From assembly GCA_040901985.1 (NCBI GenBank), contig JBBDYC010000010.1, positions 75,858 to 105,416 on the forward strand: a DNA stretch of 29,559 nucleotides, read 5' to 3'. The notes beneath the pieces are model-generated. The model was not told where the DNA came from. It saw only the letters and a list, made by a program, of their open reading frames with translations, and ran no database searches. This document shows, in pieces, positions 7,711 to 17,526 of the stretch. A program made the translations under genes and the position numbers. The DNA comes from Gemmatimonadaceae bacterium. GTDB taxonomy: Bacteria > Gemmatimonadota > Gemmatimonadetes > Gemmatimonadales > Gemmatimonadaceae. Position 1 is the first letter of the stretch, and each line of letters starts with the position of its first letter.

Positions 7711-8667
7711 ATGAAGGTCCGGGCGCCCGCCGCCGCGCACGACAGCGCGTGGCACGCGCCGGTGCTCGTCGCCGAGGTGTGCGAGGCGCTGTGTGACGCG
7801 CCGCGGATCCTCGACGGCACGCTCGGCGGCGGCGGCCACGCCGAGGCGCTGCTCGAACGCGGCCACTCGGTCACCGGACTCGACCGCGATCCGACGGCAC
7901 TCGCCGCGGCCAGCGCGCGGCTCGTCCGGTTCGCCGCCGAGGGCCGCTTCGTGCCGGTCGCGGGGAATCACGACGCCATTGACGACGTCGCCGAGCTGGC
8001 CGGCCAGCGCTTCGACGGGATCCTCCTCGACCTCGGCGTGTCGTCGCGACAGATTGACGACGACGCACGCGGCTTCTCATTCCGGCCGGGCGTCGCGCTC
8101 GATATGCGGATGGACCCCGCCGCCGAGTTGACGGCGGCGGGGTGGCTGAATGGCGCCGAGGCTGGGGAGCTGGAGCGCATCTTCGGCGAGGCGGGGGATG
8201 AGCCAAAGGCGCGGCGACTCGCGAAGGAGATCGTCCACCGGCGCGGCCGGCAACCGTTTGCGGTGAGCGACGACCTGGTGGGCGCCATCCGCGCGGTGCT
8301 CGGGCCGCGCAGCGGACCGCCGGAGTTCGCGCGGCTCTTCCAGGCGGTGCGCATCGCGGTGAACGACGAACTCGACGGGCTGCGTCGCGGACTCGCCGCG
8401 CTGCGCGAGCGCCTTGTCCCCGGCGGCGTGCTCGCCGTGATTGCCTACCACTCCGGCGAGGACCGGGTGGTGAAGCACACCTTCCGCGACTGGAGCACGG
8501 CCTGCCACTGCCCGCCGCGCCAGCCGATCTGCACCTGCGGCGGCGTGGCGGCCGGCGAGACGCTCACCCGGCGCCCGGTGGTGGCGGGGGAGGCCGAGAT
8601 CGCGGCCAACCCACGGGCGCGGAGCGCGCACCTGCGCGTCTGGCGACGCGCCGACGGGAGCACCTGA
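7711..8667 (+). CDS. rsmH: 16S rRNA m4C1402 methyltransferase RsmH (MraW)
   Basis: HAPVL, DGTLGGGGH, DGILLDLGVSSRQID…RGFSF, LDMRMD, FQAVRIAVNDEL, YHSGEDR and NPRARSA. Start at ATG 7711. Confidence 0.97.
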   Translation: MKVRAPAAAHDSAWHAPVLVAEVCEALCDAPRILDGTLGGGGHAEALLERGHSVTGLDRDPTALAAASARLVRFAAEGRFVPVAGNHDAIDDVAELAGQRFDGILLDLGVSSRQIDDDARGFSFRPGVALDMRMDPAAELTAAGWLNGAEAGELERIFGEAGDEPKARRLAKEIVHRRGRQPFAVSDDLVGAIRAVLGPRSGPPEFARLFQAVRIAVNDELDGLRRGLAALRERLVPGGVLAVIAYHSGEDRVVKHTFRDWSTACHCPPRQPICTCGGVAAGETLTRRPVVAGEAEIAANPRARSAHLRVWRRADGST

Positions 8668-8670
8668 CCG

Positions 8671-8961
8671 ATGCGCGGCCGCTCGATCGTCTTTCTCGCG
8701 CTGATCGGTTTCGTCCTGGTGGCCACGGGCGTCATATGGAGGCGGAGTCTGGGCATCGCACAGGCCCGAGAGCTTCGCGCGCTCGAAGAACGCCGGACCA
8801 CGCTGGAGGCACGGAAGGCCGCCCTCGATGGGGCAATCCGCGATGCCTCGAGCCGGGCCCGGCTCGCCGGCATCGCCGAGGACCGCCTCGGGATGCGCAT
8901 CCCGCCAGAGAGTCTCGTGATCATCCTTCCGCGTCCCGAACCGCCCCAGCCCCCAAAGTGA
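8671..8961 (+). CDS. ftsL: Cell division protein FtsL (putative)
   Basis: Small protein with an N-terminal TM, a coiled coil and an IAEDRLGM motif, in the canonical position between rsmH and ftsI. Confidence 0.75.
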   Translation: MRGRSIVFLALIGFVLVATGVIWRRSLGIAQARELRALEERRTTLEARKAALDGAIRDASSRARLAGIAEDRLGMRIPPESLVIILPRPEPPQPPK

Positions 8962-10925
8962 TACGCATCAGCCGGGTCGGCGTGGTGCAGGGCGCGTTCG
9001 TGCTCTTCGCCGCGGCGCTGATCGGGCGCTCGGCGTGGGTGCAGCTCGGCGAGACGGAGCGCTGGCGCACCCGGGCGCGGGTCCAGCAGGTGACGTCGGC
9101 GGAGCTGCCGGCGGCGCGTGGCGCCATCCTCGACGCCGCCGGGACGGTGCTGGTGGAGAGCCGCGAGGTGGTGCGCCTCGCCGTCGCGCCGCGCGAGGTG
9201 CGAAAGCCCGACCAGCTCCGCGTCGCCCTCCGGCGGATCGGCATCCCCGAGCCCCTGATTGCGCGCGCCACCGATCCGGCGCGTCAGTGGGTCGAACTTC
9301 CGGGGCGCTACCTGCAAACCGAGGTGGCCGACCTCCTGACCACGCGCGGGGTGCACCAGCAGGCGTCGAGCGAGCGCGTGCCGCCGTCCACCGACGGCCT
9401 GCGCCGGCTGCTCGGCGTGGTGGACGGCGAGGGCGCGGCGATCGGCGGGATCGAGGCCTCGCTCGACTCGCTGCTCCGCGGCCGGTCGGGGCGCTCGGCG
9501 CTGCTGAAGGACGGCCTCGGTCGCCAGCTGACGTCGCCCGCGGAGGACCGGACGGCGGCGGTCGCCGGGCACACCGTCGTGCTGACCCTGCATCAGGGCC
9601 TGCAGGACATCGTCGAGCGTTCGCTCGCCGACGCGATGGCGGAGATGGGGGCGACCGGCGGCGACATCGTGGTCCTCGATCCGCACAGCGGCGAGATCCG
9701 CGCGCTCGCCAGCCGGCGCGCCAACGCGCGTGCCTCGGGCGCGACCGCGCTCACCGAGCCCTTCGAGCCGGGGTCCACGCTGAAGCCGTTCGTTGCCGCG
9801 GCGCTCCTCGAGCGCGGCCGCGTCCGCCTCAGCGACTCGGTGCCGACATACAACGGCGTCTATACGCTGAAGGGGCGGACGATTCGCGACGTGCACCGCG
9901 CCCGCGCGATGAGCTTCGGCGACGTCATCCGGCAGTCGTCGAATATCGGGATGGTGCAGTTCAGTACGCGGCTGAGCGCGCGCGAGCAGTACGAGGCGCT
10001 CCGCGACGCCGGATTCGGGATGACGACCGGGCTGCCGTATCCGAGCGAGTCCCCGGGGCGGCTCTACCCGGTGCGCGAGTGGTCGGGGGTCTCGCAGGCG
10101 TCGCTGGCGATGGGCTACGAGCTTTCGGTGACGCCGGTGCAGCTGGCGATTGCCTACGCGGCCTTCGCCAACGGGGGCGACCTGTTGGAGCCGACGCTGG
10201 TGAAGGAAATCCGCGCACCGGACGGCGAGGTGCGCTGGCGCGCCGAGCGTCGCGTGGTCCGGCGCCTGATGTCGCAGCGAACGGCGGCGGTCCTCCTCGG
10301 CCTCCTCCGCGACGTGGTCACGGACGGCACGGCCACCGGGGCGGACCTCGCCACGTTCGAGGTGGCGGGGAAGTCGGGGACTGCGCGGCGAACGAGCGCC
10401 GACGGCCGGGGGTACGAGGTGGGCGCCTACACCGCGACCTTCGTCGGCCTTTTTCCCGCGGACCAGCCGCAGTACGTGATCCTCGTCAAGCTCGACAACC
10501 CGCGCAGCTCGTATTTCGGTGGCCGCACGGCGGCGCCGGTGACGAAGGTGGTGCTCGAGGCCGCGATCGCCGCGCGCGATGCGGCGCTCAACCGACGGCA
10601 GCTGGCCGACGCGCCGAGGCGGCGTGCGGCGGCGCTGGCCGAGACGCCGGAGAGCGTGCGGGTGCGCGCGGCGGCGGCGGTCGAGGCGGCGGCCGCGACG
10701 CCGTTCGTGGTCGAGCTCGGCGTCGAGACCGCGCCGGCGCGGGTCGTCGTCGGCGACCGGACCGTGCCCGATGTGCGCGGCCTCTCGACGCGGCGCGCGG
10801 TACGCGAGTTGCACCGCGCGGGATTCCGGGTCCGGGTCGTCTCCGGCGCCGCGCCGCTCACGCAGCCGGTGGCCGGCACGCGACTGCCCACCGGGTCGCT
10901 CGTCCGCCTCACGGCCGGACAATGA
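8958..10925 (+). CDS. ftsI: Class B penicillin-binding protein FtsI (PBP3) with C-terminal PASTA domain
   Basis: RGAILD, FEPGSTLKP (SxxK), SSNIG (SxN), KSGT and PASTA-like VPDVRGLS. The GTG start overlaps the ftsL stop. Confidence 0.93.
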   Translation: MIRISRVGVVQGAFVLFAAALIGRSAWVQLGETERWRTRARVQQVTSAELPAARGAILDAAGTVLVESREVVRLAVAPREVRKPDQLRVALRRIGIPEPLIARATDPARQWVELPGRYLQTEVADLLTTRGVHQQASSERVPPSTDGLRRLLGVVDGEGAAIGGIEASLDSLLRGRSGRSALLKDGLGRQLTSPAEDRTAAVAGHTVVLTLHQGLQDIVERSLADAMAEMGATGGDIVVLDPHSGEIRALASRRANARASGATALTEPFEPGSTLKPFVAAALLERGRVRLSDSVPTYNGVYTLKGRTIRDVHRARAMSFGDVIRQSSNIGMVQFSTRLSAREQYEALRDAGFGMTTGLPYPSESPGRLYPVREWSGVSQASLAMGYELSVTPVQLAIAYAAFANGGDLLEPTLVKEIRAPDGEVRWRAERRVVRRLMSQRTAAVLLGLLRDVVTDGTATGADLATFEVAGKSGTARRTSADGRGYEVGAYTATFVGLFPADQPQYVILVKLDNPRSSYFGGRTAAPVTKVVLEAAIAARDAALNRRQLADAPRRRAAALAETPESVRVRAAAAVEAAAATPFVVELGVETAPARVVVGDRTVPDVRGLSTRRAVRELHRAGFRVRVVSGAAPLTQPVAGTRLPTGSLVRLTAGQ

Positions 10926-12490
10926 GCGCCGCGGCCGCCGCGGCCGCTGCGGTCGCCACCGAGTCGTTGCGCGCCGCGCTCGACGCGGCGGGGGTCCTGG
11001 TCGGTGTGCGCGGCACGCTCCCGGGCACGATTGGCGCCCTCACCGACGACAGCCGCACGGTCGCCGCCGGATCGTGCTTCGTGGCGGTCCGCGGGAGCGT
11101 CCGCGATGGCCACGCCTTCCTTCCCGGTGTCGCCGCGGCGGGTGCGACGTGCGTGATCGCCGAGGACCCGGCGCTCACGGAGCTGCCGGCGCTCGTCGTG
11201 CGCGACGCGCGCGCCGCGGCGGCAATCGCCGCGGGCGCCTTCTACGGACGCCCCGGCGACCGACTGCGCATCGTCGGCGTCACCGGCACCAACGGCAAGA
11301 CGACGACCGTCGCGCTGCTCCGCCACCTCCTCGACACGCCGGACGCGCCGGCGGCGAGCATCGGCACGCTTGGCGTCGTGAGCGGCGACGGCCGCCCGTT
11401 CCCCGGCGGCGCGGGGCTGACGACGCCTGGGCCGATCGAACTCCAGCGCGTGCTGCGCGCCCTCGTGGACGGCGGCGTCAAGCGCCTCGCCATCGAGACG
11501 TCGTCGCACGCGCTCGAGCAGCAGCGCGTGCGCGGGCTGCGGTTCGCGGCTGGCGTCTTCACGAACCTCACGCGCGAGCACCTCGACTATCACGGGACGA
11601 TGGCGGCGTATTTGGCGGCGAAAGCGTCGCTGATTGGGGCGCTCGAGCCCGACGGCACCGCGGTGGTGAACGCCGACGACCCCGCGTGGCGCGACCTCCC
11701 GGCGGCGCCGCGCGTGCTCCGGTTCGGCGCGACCAACCCGACCGCCGACGTGCGCGCCGAGGAGGTGCGGTACACGCCGCGGGGCAGCGCCTGGCTCCTC
11801 CGCACCGCCGACGGGGCGCGGCCGGTGGTCCTGCCGCTGATCGGCGACTTCAACGTGGCCAACGCGCTCGGCGCCGCCGCGGCGGCGCTGGCGCTCGGGG
11901 TGCCGCTCGAGCAGGTGGCGGCGCGTCTCGCGACGGTGCCGCAGGTCCCGGGCCGGCTCGAACTCCTCGCCGACCAGCCCACCGTGCTGCGCGACTACGC
12001 CCACACGCCGGACGCGCTGGCGCGCGCCCTCGCCGCGCTCCGCCCCTTCACGCCGGGACGGTTGATCGTGGTCTTCGGCTGCGGCGGCGACCGCGACCGC
12101 GGCAAGCGGCCGCTGATGGCCGAGGCGGCGCGCGCCGGCGCCGACCACCTCGTGGTGACGAGCGACAACCCGCGCACCGAGGATCCGGAGCGGATCCTCG
12201 ACGAGATCGTCGCGCCGCTCGCGGCCGGCAGCTACGACCGGATCGAGGATCGCCGCACGGCGATCGCGCACGCGATCGGCCTCGCCACGCCTGCGGGAGA
12301 TGCCGCGCGCGGTGGCGCGCGCGGTAACCGCGGGGACGTCGTGCTGCTCGCCGGCAAGGGACACGAGACGTACCAGGTACGCGGCACGGAGCGACTGCCG
12401 TTCGACGAGGCGCAGATCGTCCGTGAGCTGCTCGGCGCGGGCGGCGGTGCGGGCACGGGCATCGCCGGGAACCGGGGCGCCGCTCGATGA
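10922..12490 (+). CDS. murE: UDP-MurNAc-L-Ala-D-Glu:meso-DAP ligase MurE
   Basis: GVTGTNGKTT, LTTP, ETSSH, FTNLTREHLDYH, DYAHTPD, GCGGDRD, DNPR (the motif of DAP-adding enzymes) and AGKGHE. ATGA overlap with ftsI. Confidence 0.96.
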   Translation: MSAAAAAAAAVATESLRAALDAAGVLVGVRGTLPGTIGALTDDSRTVAAGSCFVAVRGSVRDGHAFLPGVAAAGATCVIAEDPALTELPALVVRDARAAAAIAAGAFYGRPGDRLRIVGVTGTNGKTTTVALLRHLLDTPDAPAASIGTLGVVSGDGRPFPGGAGLTTPGPIELQRVLRALVDGGVKRLAIETSSHALEQQRVRGLRFAAGVFTNLTREHLDYHGTMAAYLAAKASLIGALEPDGTAVVNADDPAWRDLPAAPRVLRFGATNPTADVRAEEVRYTPRGSAWLLRTADGARPVVLPLIGDFNVANALGAAAAALALGVPLEQVAARLATVPQVPGRLELLADQPTVLRDYAHTPDALARALAALRPFTPGRLIVVFGCGGDRDRGKRPLMAEAARAGADHLVVTSDNPRTEDPERILDEIVAPLAAGSYDRIEDRRTAIAHAIGLATPAGDAARGGARGNRGDVVLLAGKGHETYQVRGTERLPFDEAQIVRELLGAGGGAGTGIAGNRGAAR

Positions 12491-13836
12491 CCGCCCCGTT
12501 CTGGACGCTGGAGCGGATCGCCCTCGCGCTCGGCGACGGCCCGTCCGACGGCCGCGCGATCACCGGCATCACCACCGACACGCGCGCACTGGTCGCCGGC
12601 CAATGCTTCGTGGCCCTGCGCGGCGAGCGATTCGACGGCCACGACTTCCTCGCCGACGCCGTGCGCGCCGGCGCGGCGGCGCTGGTGGTGGACGATCCGC
12701 GCCGCGCGCCGGTGCCGGGCGTGCCGGTCTTCGCGGTGGCCGACACATTGGTTGCGCTCGGGCAGTTGGCGCGCTCTCGGCGCGACGCGTGGGCGCGACC
12801 GGTGATCGCGATCGGCGGCTCCAACGGCAAGACCAGCACCAAGGACCTGCTGCGCGGCGCGCTGGGCAGTCGCTACCGCGTCCACGCCACGGCCGGGAAT
12901 CTCAACAACCGCATCGGGGTGCCGTTGACGCTCCTCGCCCTCGACGCCACCGCCGACCTCGCCGTCGTCGAGGCGGGGACGAACGAACCGGGGGAGATTG
13001 CCCTGCTGCGCGAGATCATCCGGCCCGACGTCGCCGTCATCACGACGGTGCAGGAGGAACACCTTGAGGGGTTGGGCGACCTCGCCGGGGTGATGGCCGA
13101 GGAGATGGCGCTCTGCGCCGCGGTGGCGCTGGCCGTGGTGCCGGCGTCGGAACCGGAGGTCGTGTCCCAGGCGCGCGCGCGCGCGGGGCGCGTGGTGACC
13201 GCCGGACTCGGCGCCGGCGACCGCGCGTCCAGCGCCCACGGCCTGCACCCGGACGGCCGCGGCTGGCTGGACTGGGACGGCGTACGCGTGGAGGTCCCGT
13301 TGCCCGGCGAGCACAACCTGCGGAACGCCGCGCTGGCGCTCGCGGTGGCGGCGGAGTTCGGCGTGGCGGCGAGCGATGCGGCGGCGGGGATCGCCACGGT
13401 GACGCCGCCGGCCATGCGCTCGACAGTCGGGCCGCTCGGGCGGGCACTCCTCCTCAACGACGCCTACAACAGCAACCCCGCGTCGGCGCGGGCGGCGCTC
13501 GCGCTGTTGCGCACGGTCGGGGAGGGGCGTCAACGCGTTGCAGTGCTGGGGACGATGCGTGAGCTTGGGACACACGCGGCGCGGGCGCACCGCGAGGTGG
13601 CGGAGGCGGCGCTCGCCAGCGGCGCAGAACTGGTCGCCGGGATCGGCGACTTCGCCGCCGCGCTCGGCGGCGTCGCCAACGGCGACAACCGCGTGATCGT
13701 CGCCACCGATGTGGAAGACCTCTGGCCGAAACTGGCGCCGCGCCTCGCGCCCGACGCGGCCATCCTGCTGAAGGCCTCGCGCGGCGTCCGGCTCGAACGC
13801 CTCGTCCCTCTCCTCACCACCTGGGCCACGACCTGA
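12487..13836 (+). CDS. murF: UDP-MurNAc-tripeptide:D-Ala-D-Ala ligase MurF
   Basis: ALRGERFDGHDF, GSNGKTSTK, GNLNNRIGVP, NDAYNSNP, GTMRELG and KASRG. Confidence 0.96.
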   Translation: MTAPFWTLERIALALGDGPSDGRAITGITTDTRALVAGQCFVALRGERFDGHDFLADAVRAGAAALVVDDPRRAPVPGVPVFAVADTLVALGQLARSRRDAWARPVIAIGGSNGKTSTKDLLRGALGSRYRVHATAGNLNNRIGVPLTLLALDATADLAVVEAGTNEPGEIALLREIIRPDVAVITTVQEEHLEGLGDLAGVMAEEMALCAAVALAVVPASEPEVVSQARARAGRVVTAGLGAGDRASSAHGLHPDGRGWLDWDGVRVEVPLPGEHNLRNAALALAVAAEFGVAASDAAAGIATVTPPAMRSTVGPLGRALLLNDAYNSNPASARAALALLRTVGEGRQRVAVLGTMRELGTHAARAHREVAEAALASGAELVAGIGDFAAALGGVANGDNRVIVATDVEDLWPKLAPRLAPDAAILLKASRGVRLERLVPLLTTWATT

Positions 13837-14969
13837 TGCTGTACCACTTTCTCTTCCCGCTCACGCAGTACGAGAGTGCCTTCAACATCTTCCGCTACAT
13901 CTCGTTCCGGGCGGCGGGGGCGGCGATCACGGCGCTGTTGATCTCGTTCGTCGTCGGGCCGTGGATCCTCCGCACCCTGCGCGCCAAGGCGGTGCACCAG
14001 GTGATCCGCGCCGGCACGCCGGACTCCCACGCCGGCAAGGGCGAGACGCCGACAATGGGCGGGCTGATCATCCTGGCCGCCGTGGTCGGCGCGACGGTGC
14101 TCTGGATGCAGCTCGGCAGCCGCTACGTCTGGCTGGCGCTCGGCGTCACGGTGCTGATGGGCGCCATCGGATTCCTCGACGACTCCCTCAAGCTCAAGCA
14201 GAAGCGCGAGGGGAGGGAGAACCGCGGCCTCGTGGAGCGCTACAAGCTGGCCGGCCAGATCTCGATTGGCCTCATCCTCGGCTACATCCTCTGGCAGTAT
14301 CCGGTGAACAACCTCCCCGGCGCGTCCACTACGCTGCCGTTCTACAAGTACGTGCTCATCGTCCCGACCTGGGCGTGGCTGTATCTCCCGTTCGTGACGT
14401 TCATCATGACCGGGACGAGCAATATGGTGAATCTGACCGACGGGCTCGACGGCTTGGCGGCCGGCCTGATGGCGATCGCGATGCTGACGATGGCGGTGTT
14501 CGCCTACGTGATGGGGCGGTTCGACGCGTCGGAGTACCTCGGGCTGATCTACCTCCGCGGGGCGGGGGAGCTGACGATCTTCTGCTCGGCGGTCTTCGGC
14601 TCGGCAATCGGGTTCCTCTGGTACAACGCACACCCGGCGGAGGTCTTTATGGGTGACACCGGGGCGCTCGCGCTGGGCGGTTCGCTCGGCGCGGTGGCGA
14701 TCCTGCTCAAGAGCGAGTTCCTGGTGCTGCTCGTGGGCGGCGTCTTTGTGGCCGAGACGCTCTCGGTGATCCTCCAGACGTCGGTCTTCAAGTGGCGGAA
14801 GCGGACGTACGGGATTGAATATGCTCGGGCCAACCGCCTGTTCCTGCGGGCGCCGATCCACCATCACTTCGAGTTGAAGGGGTGGCCGGAGACGAGGGTG
14901 GTGGTGCGGTTCTGGATCCTCGGCATCTTCTGCGCCTTTGTCGCGCTTTCGACGCTGAAGATCCGGTGA
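13836..14969 (+). CDS. mraY: Phospho-N-acetylmuramoyl-pentapeptide transferase MraY
   Basis: TPTMGG, GFLDD, VNLTDGLDGLA, VFMGDTGAL and APIHHHFE; multi-TM. Confidence 0.98.
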   Translation: MLYHFLFPLTQYESAFNIFRYISFRAAGAAITALLISFVVGPWILRTLRAKAVHQVIRAGTPDSHAGKGETPTMGGLIILAAVVGATVLWMQLGSRYVWLALGVTVLMGAIGFLDDSLKLKQKREGRENRGLVERYKLAGQISIGLILGYILWQYPVNNLPGASTTLPFYKYVLIVPTWAWLYLPFVTFIMTGTSNMVNLTDGLDGLAAGLMAIAMLTMAVFAYVMGRFDASEYLGLIYLRGAGELTIFCSAVFGSAIGFLWYNAHPAEVFMGDTGALALGGSLGAVAILLKSEFLVLLVGGVFVAETLSVILQTSVFKWRKRTYGIEYARANRLFLRAPIHHHFELKGWPETRVVVRFWILGIFCAFVALSTLKIR

Positions 14970-16297
14970 CGGCGGCGTTGGAGGCGCTCGGGCCGCTGGC
15001 CGCCGCCGGAGAGGTGGCGGTAATCGGACTCGGGCGGAGCGGGACGGCGGTGGCGGAGCTGCTCACCGCGGCCGGCGCACGCGTCTACGCCAGCGATTCC
15101 GCCGTCGGCGCGGGGCACGACCTCGAGCGGATCGCCCACGCCGCCACCGTGGTGGTGAGCCCCGGCGTGCCCCCCGACGCGCCGCCGCTCGCCGCCGCGC
15201 GCTCCGCCGGCGTCCCGGTGCTCAGCGAGATCGAGGTCGCGCTCCGGGCAATGCCCGGCGTCCCCTACATCGCGGTGACGGGGACGAACGGCAAGACGAC
15301 CGTCACCGCGCTGATTGCCCACCTCCTGCGCGCCCTCGGACTGGTGGCGGTCGAGGCGGGGAATATCGGCACCCCGCTCTCGGCAATCGCGCTCGCTCCT
15401 CGGCGACCGGCCTGGATGGCGATCGAGCTCTCGTCGTACCAGCTGCACGACACGCCGTCGGTGGCGCCGGTGGTGGCGGTGCTGACCAACCTCGCGCCCG
15501 ACCACCTCGACCGGTACCCGTCGCTCGACGCCTACTACGCGGACAAGGACCTGATCTTTCGCAACGCGATCGAGACCTCGATCCGCGTTGTCAACGCGGA
15601 CGACGCGGAGGTGCTGCGCCGGACGGCGGCGGTGCCGGGCATCGCGCGGACGTTTGGCATCGCGGCGGCGGGCGCGGATGCCCGCTACGACGCGGCGGCG
15701 GCGCTCCTGATGCTCGACGGCAGTCCGCTGCTCGAGCGTCCGCTCCTTCCGCTCCTTGGCGCGCACAACGTGGCCAACGCGCTCGCCGCGACGCTTGCCG
15801 TGTGGCAGGCGGTGCCCACCGAGCGCACAACCGCGGGACGCGCGCGGCTGGCGGTGGGGCTCCGGAGCTTCCGCGCGCTGCCGCACCGCCTCGAGCCGAT
15901 CGGCGAGCGCGACGGCGTGCTCTGGGTCAACGACTCCAAGGCCACCAACATCGGCGCGGCGCGCGTGGGAATCCTGGCGATGGAGCGGCCGACCGTCCTC
16001 CTGCTCGGCGGCCGGCACAAGGGCGAGCCGTACACCGGGCTGCTCGACGCAATGCGCGACCGCGTGACGCACGTACTGGCATACGGCGAGGCCGAGCCAC
16101 GGATTGCCGCCGACCTCAAGGGGCACGTGGCGGTGGAGCGTTGCGGGTCGTCATTCCCCGAGGTGATCACCCGCGCCCGCTCGCTGGCGCGCGCGGGGGA
16201 CGCCGTGTTGCTCTCTCCGGCCTGCTCAAGCTTCGATATGTTCACCGACTACGAGGAACGCGGCGCCGTCTTCCGACAGCTCGCGCTCGGCACGTGA
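14966..16297 (+). CDS. murD: UDP-MurNAc-L-Ala:D-Glu ligase MurD
   Basis: GLGRSG, SPGVP, GTNGKTT, GNIG, ELSSYQL, DHLDRY, NDSKATN and LSPACSSFD. The GTG start overlaps the mraY stop. Confidence 0.96.
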   Translation: MTAALEALGPLAAAGEVAVIGLGRSGTAVAELLTAAGARVYASDSAVGAGHDLERIAHAATVVVSPGVPPDAPPLAAARSAGVPVLSEIEVALRAMPGVPYIAVTGTNGKTTVTALIAHLLRALGLVAVEAGNIGTPLSAIALAPRRPAWMAIELSSYQLHDTPSVAPVVAVLTNLAPDHLDRYPSLDAYYADKDLIFRNAIETSIRVVNADDAEVLRRTAAVPGIARTFGIAAAGADARYDAAAALLMLDGSPLLERPLLPLLGAHNVANALAATLAVWQAVPTERTTAGRARLAVGLRSFRALPHRLEPIGERDGVLWVNDSKATNIGAARVGILAMERPTVLLLGGRHKGEPYTGLLDAMRDRVTHVLAYGEAEPRIAADLKGHVAVERCGSSFPEVITRARSLARAGDAVLLSPACSSFDMFTDYEERGAVFRQLALGT

Positions 16298-17526
16298 CCG
16301 CCACGGGCGACCTCTTCACCGTCCGCGGCGGCGGCGCGGCGATGGCGCCCGTGGCGGCGGCATCGCGCTCGCGCGTGCGCTGGCGGATGGGCCTCGAGGC
16401 GCGGCTCCTCGTCGTCCTCACGGCGACGATCCTCGCCTTTGGGCTGGCCACGCTCTATTCGGCGAGTGCGATCGTCGCGGCGCAGGCCGAGCTGCCGAGC
16501 TGGCACTTTCTCGTCCGGCAGCTCGGCGGCGTCGGACTCGGCGTGGTCGCCTTTGCGTTCTTCGCCAAATGGGACGCCGAGCGGTGGCACGCCCACGCCT
16601 GGATGCTGATGGGGCTGGCGATGCTGACGATGCTCATCGTCGTGCTGCCGTTCACTGCGGCAATCGCGCCGCCCATCAACGGCTCCCGCCGCTTCCTTCT
16701 TGGCGGCTCGATCCAACCTTCGGAGTTCGGCAAGCTCGCGATCGTGATCTGGACGGCGGCGCTGATCGTGAAGAAGGGCGGGGCCGACGGCCTCCGCCGC
16801 CTCTCCACCGGCCTTCTTCCGTTCCTGAGCATTCTCGCCGTCCTGAGTGTGCTTGCCGCACTCGAGCCCGACTTCTCGGTGCCGCTTTTCTACGCGCTCG
16901 TGATGGGCGTGATGCTCTTCGCCGCCGGCGCGCGGATCGGGCACTTCGTGGTGCTCGGATTGATTGCCCTCCCACTGGCGTGGCAGGAGATGCATCGGCT
17001 GGAGTACGTGATGCGCCGCGTCCTCGGCTTTGCCGGCGCGGCAGGGGCCGAGGCCGAGGTGAACTATCAGCTCACGCAGAGCCTGATTGCCGTCGGGTCG
17101 GGCGGGCTCCTCGGCGTCGGCTTCGGGCAGGGGCGGCAGCAATACGGGTTTCTCCCGCTTCCCTACAACGACTTCATCGGCAGCAACATCGGCGAGGAGT
17201 GGGGCTTCGTGGGGATGCTGGGAGTGATCCTGCTCTTTGCGCTGTGGGGGTGGCTGGGCGTGAGCATCGCCAGGCAGGCGCGCACCCCCTTCCAGCAGCT
17301 GGTGGCGATCGGGTTGACCGTGACGATGGCCGTCACCGCGTTCCTGCACATCGGCGTCGTGATCGGCCTCCTGCCGACCACCGGCCTCACCCTGCCGTTT
17401 GTGTCGTACGGGCGGTCGAATATGCTGCTGTCGCTCGTCGCCACCGGCATCCTGGTGAACATCGGGAGCACCGCCGAGCGCGTGGTCGGGGATCGCGCGT
17501 CCGATCCGCTGGCGGCGTCGCGGTGA
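16294..17526 (+). CDS. ftsW: SEDS peptidoglycan polymerase FtsW
   Basis: NGSRR, IQPSEFGK, EPDF, YQLTQSLIAVGSGG, NDFI…GEEWG and PTTGLTLPFVSYG. The start is GTG 16294 (GTGA overlap) or a later ATG. Confidence 0.95.
   Translation: MTATGDLFTVRGGGAAMAPVAAASRSRVRWRMGLEARLLVVLTATILAFGLATLYSASAIVAAQAELPSWHFLVRQLGGVGLGVVAFAFFAKWDAERWHAHAWMLMGLAMLTMLIVVLPFTAAIAPPINGSRRFLLGGSIQPSEFGKLAIVIWTAALIVKKGGADGLRRLSTGLLPFLSILAVLSVLAALEPDFSVPLFYALVMGVMLFAAGARIGHFVVLGLIALPLAWQEMHRLEYVMRRVLGFAGAAGAEAEVNYQLTQSLIAVGSGGLLGVGFGQGRQQYGFLPLPYNDFIGSNIGEEWGFVGMLGVILLFALWGWLGVSIARQARTPFQQLVAIGLTVTMAVTAFLHIGVVIGLLPTTGLTLPFVSYGRSNMLLSLVATGILVNIGSTAERVVGDRASDPLAASR

Noticed and set aside
8445..10922. Long minus-strand ORFs (also 10427..12364, 20192..21892, 22219..23523, 23527..25749 and others)
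   Set aside because: They are antisense to well-supported genes and have no recognisable motifs. Stop codons are scarce in very GC-rich DNA, so such ORFs are expected.
9035..12490. 1151-aa ORF suggesting a large N-terminal fusion to MurE
   Set aside because: The first 629 codons are an off-frame shadow of ftsI (Arg/Gly/Ala-rich, no motifs). The real start is ATG 10922, overlapping the ftsI stop. The same applies to the extended track ORFs for the cheW genes, ftsW, murG, ftsQ and the M23 peptidase.
10922..12490. Poly-Ala N-terminus and Gly/Ala-rich insert and tail in MurE
   Set aside because: Low-complexity extensions at termini and loops are common in GC-rich genomes, and all catalytic motifs are intact.
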